Assembly: GCA_031264885.1 (NCBI GenBank)
Contig: JAISDM010000016.1
Location: 1-32,163 of the forward strand
Direction of reading: 5' to 3'
From: Peptococcaceae bacterium
GTDB lineage: Bacteria > Bacillota > Peptococcia > DRI-13 > UBA5745
DNA length: 32,163 nt
Within the stretch, counting starts at the first letter, position 1. Each line of letters begins with the position of its first letter. Under the pieces are notes generated by a model that made no database searches, had not been told where the DNA came from, and was given only the letters and a program-made list of their open reading frames with translations. Both the position numbers and the translations under genes were made by a program. Below are positions 26,099 to 32,163 of the stretch, one piece after another.

Positions 26099-27058
26099 TC
26101 ACCGCAAACACCTGCACGTATGCCCCGGTCCGACCGTCTTCATTTCGACGGGCCGCGCGCCGCACTCTCCGTCCATATAGGCGCACCGGGGGGAAAACTT
26201 ACAGCCAACCGGCAGCGCGGTGGGATCCGGCGGCTGCCCGGGAATGGGCGTCAGCCGCGCCACATCCTCCCACATAGACGGAATGGCGGCGAACAGCCCC
26301 ACCGTATAGGGATGCGCCGCGTGGTCGAACACATCCTCCAACGCGCCGTATTCCACGATTTCCCCGGCGTAAATCACCGCCACATAGTCGCACATTTCGG
26401 CTACGACGCCCATGTCATGCGTAATGATGACGGTGGACGTCTCCTTCAAATCATGCAGTCTGTGCATCATATCCAGCATCTGCGCCTGTATGGTCACATC
26501 CAGCGCCGTGGTGGGCTCATCCGCCAACAGCAAGTCCGGGCCGCACGCCAGCGCGGCGGCAATGACCACCCGCTGCTTCATACCGCCGGAAAACTGGTGC
26601 GGGTATTCCCCATACCGCTGCGCCGGGATGCCCACCAACTCCAGCGACATCTCCGCCTGCTGTCTGGCGGCGGCCGCGGAAACATGGTCATGCTTGCGGA
26701 TGACCTCAGCGATCTGGTTACCCACGCACATAACCGGGTTAAGCGCCGTCATCGGGTCTTGGAATATCATAGAGATTCGATTGCCCCGCATATGGCACAT
26801 CTCTCTTTCGGGTAATTTAAGTAAGTCAACACCGTCCAGAAAGATTTCTCCGCCCCGCACGGCGGCAGGCGGCGACTGAAGTATACGCGTGACCGCCCGG
26901 GCGATCGTGGTCTTGCCGGCTCCGGTTTCCCCTACCAACCCCAGCGTTTGTCCCTTCGATAAATCCAGACAGACGCCGTTTACAGCCTGAACTGTTTCGT
27001 ATTTCGTCACATATTCCACCGTTAGACCACGTACGGAAAGAAACGTATCCTGGCTCAT
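26099..27058 (-). CDS. Dpp/Opp-type ABC ATP-binding subunit (DppD-like)
   Basis: GETGAGKT, FSGGMKQR, DEPTTALD, HPYT. Confidence 0.95.
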   Translation of the reverse strand: MSQDTFLSVRGLTVEYVTKYETVQAVNGVCLDLSKGQTLGLVGETGAGKTTIARAVTRILQSPPAAVRGGEIFLDGVDLLKLPEREMCHMRGNRISMIFQDPMTALNPVMCVGNQIAEVIRKHDHVSAAAARQQAEMSLELVGIPAQRYGEYPHQFSGGMKQRVVIAAALACGPDLLLADEPTTALDVTIQAQMLDMMHRLHDLKETSTVIITHDMGVVAEMCDYVAVIYAGEIVEYGALEDVFDHAAHPYTVGLFAAIPSMWEDVARLTPIPGQPPDPTALPVGCKFSPRCAYMDGECGARPVEMKTVGPGHTCRCLR

Positions 27059-27104
27059 CTGACACCTCGTTAGCCTGTCTTGCGGCCATTGCGTTTAACG
27101 AATT

Positions 27105-28016
27105 CTAACGTTTGAGCTTGGGGTCAAGCGCGTCCCGCAGGCTGTCCCCGGTCATGTTGACCGCCAGCACGAACACCAGCAGGAACAACCCCGGGAACAG
27201 CATCATTTGAGGATATTTCTTGATGAAATCCCTGCCGGAACTTAACAGCGCCCCCCATTCCGGCGAATCGACGGGCAGCCCCAGCCCCAAAAAACTCAGT
27301 CCGGCGGCGGACATGATCACCGTACCCACCGACATCGTGGCGCGCACCAATATCGGCGAAAAAGCGTTAGGGATAATATGGCGCGTGATTTTGCGCCAAT
27401 CTCCGCAGTTGATGGAGCTGGCGGCGTCGATATACTCCATCTTCCTGACATTGAGAATGGAGGAACGCATCAGCCGCGCGGTCCCGGCTATCTGCGCCAC
27501 ACCCAGCGCCAGCATGGTATTGAAAAAACCGCCCCCAAAGGCCACCGCCAGCGCCATGTTGAACAGCACGCCGGGGATGGACTGGATGACATCGATGCAC
27601 CGCATGATGAACTCATCCGCGGGCCCGCCGTAGTATCCCGACACGGAGCCGATGGCCACGCCCGAAACAGCGCCGATCAGCGTCGCGCCCAGCCCGAGGA
27701 CAATGGAATATTTGGCGCCGCAGATGACCCGGCTGAAAAGGTCGCGTCCCAAGTCGTCCGTGCCGAACCAGTGCTTCGCGCCGGGCGGCGCGAAGATATC
27801 CCCCGTCATGGTTTCCACGCCGTAAGGCGCCACAAAATCAGCGCAGATGGCCAAAACCGCGAACAATACGATAACGGTCACGCCGATAACCGCCTTCTTG
27901 CTGTCGAGCATCCGCCCTATGACCTGCCTGATCTGTGACGACCTCGCTTGGGCGGAAATGGCGCCGCCGCCCGGCGGTCTCTGATATCCCGCGGCTGTTC
28001 CCTTTGCTGCCGTCAT
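27105..28016 (-). CDS. Dpp/Opp-type ABC permease (DppC-like)
   Basis: HWFGTDDLGRD, EYIDAA, RHIIPN, LSFLGLG, GDSLRDALDP. Confidence 0.95.
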   Translation of the reverse strand: MTAAKGTAAGYQRPPGGGAISAQARSSQIRQVIGRMLDSKKAVIGVTVIVLFAVLAICADFVAPYGVETMTGDIFAPPGAKHWFGTDDLGRDLFSRVICGAKYSIVLGLGATLIGAVSGVAIGSVSGYYGGPADEFIMRCIDVIQSIPGVLFNMALAVAFGGGFFNTMLALGVAQIAGTARLMRSSILNVRKMEYIDAASSINCGDWRKITRHIIPNAFSPILVRATMSVGTVIMSAAGLSFLGLGLPVDSPEWGALLSSGRDFIKKYPQMMLFPGLFLLVFVLAVNMTGDSLRDALDPKLKR

Positions 28017-28040
28017 TTTATTTCCCTCCGTGACCGTTGG

Positions 28041-28985
28041 TCATTTTCTGCGCCGCGCGGTGCTGTACTGCTCCTTGACGCGGGGATCGACGAATGCCAT
28101 GCCGAGATCCGCCGCCAGCATGACCAGGCTGAAAAACAGAGACGTTATGATTACGCCGCCCATCACAGCGGTAAAATCCCTTTGCCCCACCGCCGTCACC
28201 AAGTAGTTCCCGATCCCTGGTATAGAAAACACTTTCTCAATGATGAGGCCGCCGCCCAGCATGCCGCCGAAATTCATGCCCGCCACCGCTATGATGGGGA
28301 TCAGCGCGTTGGGCAGGGCATGCCTTACGATCACTTCGCCCTCGGACAGCCCCTTGGAACGGGCCATGACGACGAAATCGGAGCGGATGACCTCAAGCAT
28401 GCTGGAACGTGTCTGCCGGGTGATGATGGCCACGCCGTGGAAGCAATTGGCGAGTACAGGCATAATCCAGTATTCGACGCCTCCCATCCCATAAGGCGGC
28501 AGCCAGCCCAGCCGATAAGCGAACAGCAGCACCAGCATCAGGGCCAGCCAGAAACCGGGCGTGGACACGAACAGAAGCGAGAAGGCAGTGGCCAGCGAGT
28601 CGCCGGTTTTGTTCTGGTGCAAGGCCGCGTATACGCCCAGCGGAATCCCGGCAAACACCGAAATCAGAATGCCGAACACCGCGAAAATCAGTGATTTGGG
28701 GAAACGCATGACTATATCCGCGGAAATGCTGGTCTTGTTCACCAGCGCCTTGCCGAAGTCATGTCGAATGAACACATTGTACAGATAATCGCCCAACTGC
28801 ACGATATATGGCCTGTCCAGCCCCATCAGGCGGCGCAGTTCCTCTACCTGTTCCCTCGGGGCGTTGCCCGCCAGCACCTCCGCCGCGTCGCCCGGCGTGA
28901 ACCATATAATGGTAAATACCAGGACAGTGACACCGATGATGATGGGAATCATCAGCGCCAGACGCCTGAAAACATATCGAATCAT
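28041..28985 (-). CDS. Dpp/Opp-type ABC permease (DppB-like)
   Basis: RYVFRRL, PGDAA, GLDRPYIVQ, MARSKGL, EKVFSIPGIG. Confidence 0.95.
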   Translation of the reverse strand: MIRYVFRRLALMIPIIIGVTVLVFTIIWFTPGDAAEVLAGNAPREQVEELRRLMGLDRPYIVQLGDYLYNVFIRHDFGKALVNKTSISADIVMRFPKSLIFAVFGILISVFAGIPLGVYAALHQNKTGDSLATAFSLLFVSTPGFWLALMLVLLFAYRLGWLPPYGMGGVEYWIMPVLANCFHGVAIITRQTRSSMLEVIRSDFVVMARSKGLSEGEVIVRHALPNALIPIIAVAGMNFGGMLGGGLIIEKVFSIPGIGNYLVTAVGQRDFTAVMGGVIITSLFFSLVMLAADLGMAFVDPRVKEQYSTARRRK

Positions 28986-29084
28986 CGCGGTTTTCCTTTT
29001 TCATGTCGTCGTTGTCAATTCGCCCGGGACACATGTGATTGCGTTACGCAGGATCCCCCGCCGGCAATATGTGCCGGCGCGCTG

Positions 29085-30740
29085 TTATTCATAATACGCG
29101 TAATCGGCGGAGAATTCGCACGCGCCGACCACCAGGTTGTTCTTGAAATTCGTCACCGTCTCCTTGATGGCGTCCACATAGGAACAGGTGAAATAATTGG
29201 AAAACCACTGGTAAACATAGCAGTTGTCCACCACATAGTCATGTATGGCGTCCAAATCCGCTTGCGCGCCGTCCTTGGAATTGCTTTTGTCAACCAAATT
29301 CTCGAAATCATCGTCGCGGACGCCCCACATGGCCCCATTCACTTGGTTGTTCAAGCCCACGCTGCTGCAGTAGTACGAATAAGACTGAATCAAATAAGGG
29401 CCTTTCAGCGTGGTGGCGGCAATGAAAATATCCCAGCCGCTTGCCAGGTCGTTCAAATATGTAGACTGTGTGGCCGCCTCCACCGCGTTGACCTCCAGCT
29501 TCAGCCCGATTGCGGCCAGGCATGACGCCAGCACGGAACCCGTCTTCTCCGTTTCCGCCCCCGCGGGGCCATAGAATTTCAACACCGTGCCCTCCGGGAT
29601 GCCCGCCTCGGCCAGCATCGCCTTCGCTTTTTCGATGTCATAGTTGTAGTAGTCCCCAGATTCCCACGCCTTGTTGTAGCCGATGGCATAGGGGCTGCCG
29701 AAAGTCGGCGGCGCGTAGCCGATGCCGCTGAGCGCGCCGGTGATCAGTGCGTCATTGTCCGTGGCGTAACAGATGGCCTTGCGCAGCGCTTCGCTGCTGC
29801 ACGCGCTGTACTCGGACGCGTTGAACACAATGGTTTTCATCTGAATGGACTCTTTGCTCTCCACCGTCACGCCGGGGATGGTCCGGGCATCCTCCACGAT
29901 GCTCTCGTTCAGCCACGCGCAAATCTGCGTCCCCGCCGGATCCTCGGTGGAAATGGCCATCTGCGTGGTCTCGCTCACCGTATTGTAGACGATTACGTCC
30001 ACGTTCGCGCGGCTCGTCACGGCGGTCAGCTCCGGCGTCTGCCAGTAATCATCTCTCTTTTCAACCTGTGTCGAGCTGCCGGAAATGAATTCCACGCACA
30101 CATACGGGCCTGTGCCCGCGCAGATTGAACCGTCCGCCTCGGACTTCTCGAAAGCCGCTCTGGCAGCCATCCAGCAAGTTTCGCACACCATCTCGAAGAT
30201 GCCCACGCCGGAATCCGTCAGCTTCATGGTAAACGCGTAGGGCTCTGTCACCTCAATGCTCTCAATGTATTTTGAATCCGCAATGCCGTTCTCATGGGCT
30301 TTGTCAACGCTGAATTTCACATCTTCCGCCGTGAATGGATTGCCGTCGCTGTCGACGATATAGTCATACAGTACGCAGTCGTATGTTACATCGTCCACCT
30401 TCTCCCATGACTTCATCAAGACGCCTTGGAAGCTGTCCGACCCGAACTGCTCCCGTTCCGCCAGGCGTTCATACACACCCGCGTACTGAATGCCCAAGTA
30501 GGGGTTCCATTTGCTGTAGGGGGCGAACACATTGACGGCGCTGGCCAACGCGACCGTGGCCTTTGTCCTCCGTCCTTCCTGCGCGGCGGAAACGACCTGG
30601 CCGTCCGCGGCTTGGTTACCCGCGCTCTGGCCGCCTTCGTTCCCGCCGGACGCGCACCCCGCCAACAGCGCCGCCGCCAAGACTGCGGCCAGACCTCGCG
30701 CCCACGGTTTCTTCATGCCTCTCGACGCTATTGCCGACAT
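29085..30740 (-). CDS. Family-5 ABC substrate-binding lipoprotein (divergent DppA/OppA-like)
   Basis: Lipobox LAGC, SDGNPFTAEDVKFS, GTGPY, ALRKAICYATD, YDIEKAKAMLAEAG; start ATG 30740 after GAGGAGG. Confidence 0.92.
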   Translation of the reverse strand: MSAIASRGMKKPWARGLAAVLAAALLAGCASGGNEGGQSAGNQAADGQVVSAAQEGRRTKATVALASAVNVFAPYSKWNPYLGIQYAGVYERLAEREQFGSDSFQGVLMKSWEKVDDVTYDCVLYDYIVDSDGNPFTAEDVKFSVDKAHENGIADSKYIESIEVTEPYAFTMKLTDSGVGIFEMVCETCWMAARAAFEKSEADGSICAGTGPYVCVEFISGSSTQVEKRDDYWQTPELTAVTSRANVDVIVYNTVSETTQMAISTEDPAGTQICAWLNESIVEDARTIPGVTVESKESIQMKTIVFNASEYSACSSEALRKAICYATDNDALITGALSGIGYAPPTFGSPYAIGYNKAWESGDYYNYDIEKAKAMLAEAGIPEGTVLKFYGPAGAETEKTGSVLASCLAAIGLKLEVNAVEAATQSTYLNDLASGWDIFIAATTLKGPYLIQSYSYYCSSVGLNNQVNGAMWGVRDDDFENLVDKSNSKDGAQADLDAIHDYVVDNCYVYQWFSNYFTCSYVDAIKETVTNFKNNLVVGACEFSADYAYYE

Positions 30741-30823
30741 CTTTGAACCTCCTCTCACCTCACTGTTACTCTCTGCGTGTTTCATTATTCACGCTTTTAT
30801 TCACGCCTTCGTTTCACAGTAAA

Positions 30824-30852
30824 ATTTTATCATGCCGCAATCGCCGTGTAAA
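30824..30852 (-). promoter_or_regulatory. Putative sigma-A promoter of the second ABC operon
   Basis: TTTACA-17 nt-TAAAAT with extended -10 TG, in an AT-rich divergent intergenic region. Confidence 0.55.
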
Positions 30853-31215
30853 CCCATAACAACCCATTTATTTATTCGTTATTTTTGTTTAATGTGTTCC
30901 GCCTCTTTTTATGTGTTTCGCCTGTCACATTCATATATTCCATTTTTCTGTGTTATTAAATTGATTCCTCTATTGGTTTCTAACCGAGTCCCAAGAAATA
31001 ATTTCCATATTAAAGAATTATATATGCAATATATTTTATAAACGCCCTTTGCATGGAGTTCCGCATCCTTGCGGTCCGCGCGGATTTGCGATAAAATTGA
31101 ACCTGCGCGGCGCGCGCGGTTCCGCGCCAAAGCAGGCGCAGCCACGCGCGCGCAAGGTTTGAATGGCTGTAAACAAATTGAACGCCCGCTTTACGGCGGG
31201 CGGCGAGGTATTACA

Positions 31216-32163
31216 ATGAACAAAGCAACCGCAAAATTCGCCTGTATCGGCGCGTGGGGCTATAACGAATCCGCTCCGGATCACGGCTTGACCGTCTGCC
31301 ATTATGATGGGGACAGCGGGACGTTCACACCCATTGACCGCATTCTGCCCTATGTCCGCGTGGGCGGGGTTTGCCGGCATCCCGCGCTCCCCATCCTCTA
31401 TTGTCCGGACGAGTGTACTAACTCCTGCAAAGACGGCGGCGGTCACATCGTCGCGATTCTGGCGGACGCGGCCGGCGGCGCGCTGACAGAGTTAAACCGG
31501 CTGCCCTCCTTCGGCGGCGCGCCGTCTTACTGCGCGACAGACGCCGGCGGAACATACTTGCTGGTAGTTAATCACGCCGGAAACGATTCCATACTGAAAA
31601 CACGCCGGATCGGGCAAGGCGCGTATAAACTCTGCCGGGAGTACGACGAGGCGAACATCGTCCTCTTTCCACTGGCGAAAGATGGGAGGATCGAAGCGCC
31701 CTGCGACATCGCGCGCCTTGACGGAAGCGGCCCGCGTCCCTCCCAGGTTCACGCCAAGCCTCATTGCGTGATGGCTTCCCCGGACGGCAGCATATTCCTC
31801 GTCTGCGACTATGGGGCGGACAGACTCTACACCGTCCGCATAGACAGAAACAGGCGCAAGCTGGACATGCGCGGCGGGCGTTACTACACATGCGCGCCCG
31901 GCGACGCGCCGCGCTATGCCGCCTTCCATCCCACGGAGCCCTTTGTTTTCACAAACAATGAGGACGCGCCCTATGTGTATGCTTTCCGCTATGCCGACAG
32001 TGGACGGCTTACCTTCATTTGCAAAGAGCTTGTGGCTGAACCGCCGGCCAAAGCCGGCGAGTCGCCGCTGATCTCCGACATCCGAATCCATCCAAACGGC
32101 CAAACCCTGTATAACCTTTCCAGGGCATATAATACCGTGACGGTCCTGGGCATCGGCGAAGAC
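31216..32163 (+). CDS. Lactonase-family 7-bladed beta-propeller (6-phosphogluconolactonase/cycloisomerase-like), runs off the window end
   Basis: Not in the ORF track because it has no stop in the window. Own translation from ATG 31216 (RBS GAGGT): MNKATAKFACIGAWG...LTELNRLPSFGGAPSY...GSGPRPSQVHAKPHCVMASPDG..VCDYGAD...GDAPRYAAFHP...SDIRIHPNG. Confidence 0.85.
   Translation, partial: MNKATAKFACIGAWGYNESAPDHGLTVCHYDGDSGTFTPIDRILPYVRVGGVCRHPALPILYCPDECTNSCKDGGGHIVAILADAAGGALTELNRLPSFGGAPSYCATDAGGTYLLVVNHAGNDSILKTRRIGQGAYKLCREYDEANIVLFPLAKDGRIEAPCDIARLDGSGPRPSQVHAKPHCVMASPDGSIFLVCDYGADRLYTVRIDRNRRKLDMRGGRYYTCAPGDAPRYAAFHPTEPFVFTNNEDAPYVYAFRYADSGRLTFICKELVAEPPAKAGESPLISDIRIHPNGQTLYNLSRAYNTVTVLGIGED

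Noticed and set aside
31492-32103. 203-aa minus-strand ORF
   Set aside because: Antisense to the open + strand lactonase frame starting at 31216.

Overview
Bacterial DNA, most likely from a GC-rich Firmicute (Clostridia-like; inferred from trmK, the BceRS-type pair and strong AGGAGG ribosome-binding sites). Positions 1-4.9 kb look like core chromosome: trmK, a Nif3-like gene, a C4 zinc-ribbon coiled-coil gene, and a convergent BceR/BceS-like two-component pair. At 4929-4973 there is an orphan 3' half of tRNA-Arg(TCT), the typical att scar of an integrated element, so everything to its right is probably a genomic island. That region carries a PIN toxin/small-partner pair and two parallel catabolic modules. 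Each module has a ~570-aa UGSC-family protein with a GrdB/PrdB-like CCG[S/T]C motif (Cys at the Sec position), a tandem LysR pair and a Dpp/Opp-type ABC importer. The second module adds two type-B carboxylesterases and a lactonase-family beta-propeller. The two modules share a 38-bp upstream dyad motif. Between them lies a 2.5-kb cassette bracketed by perfect 27-bp direct repeats; it holds an Rpn/PD-(D/E)XK nuclease with a probable intragenic antitoxin start and a Tat-lipoprotein alpha/beta hydrolase. A 23-bp GTAG-type REP occurs three times. No CRISPR, rRNA or integrase is visible.
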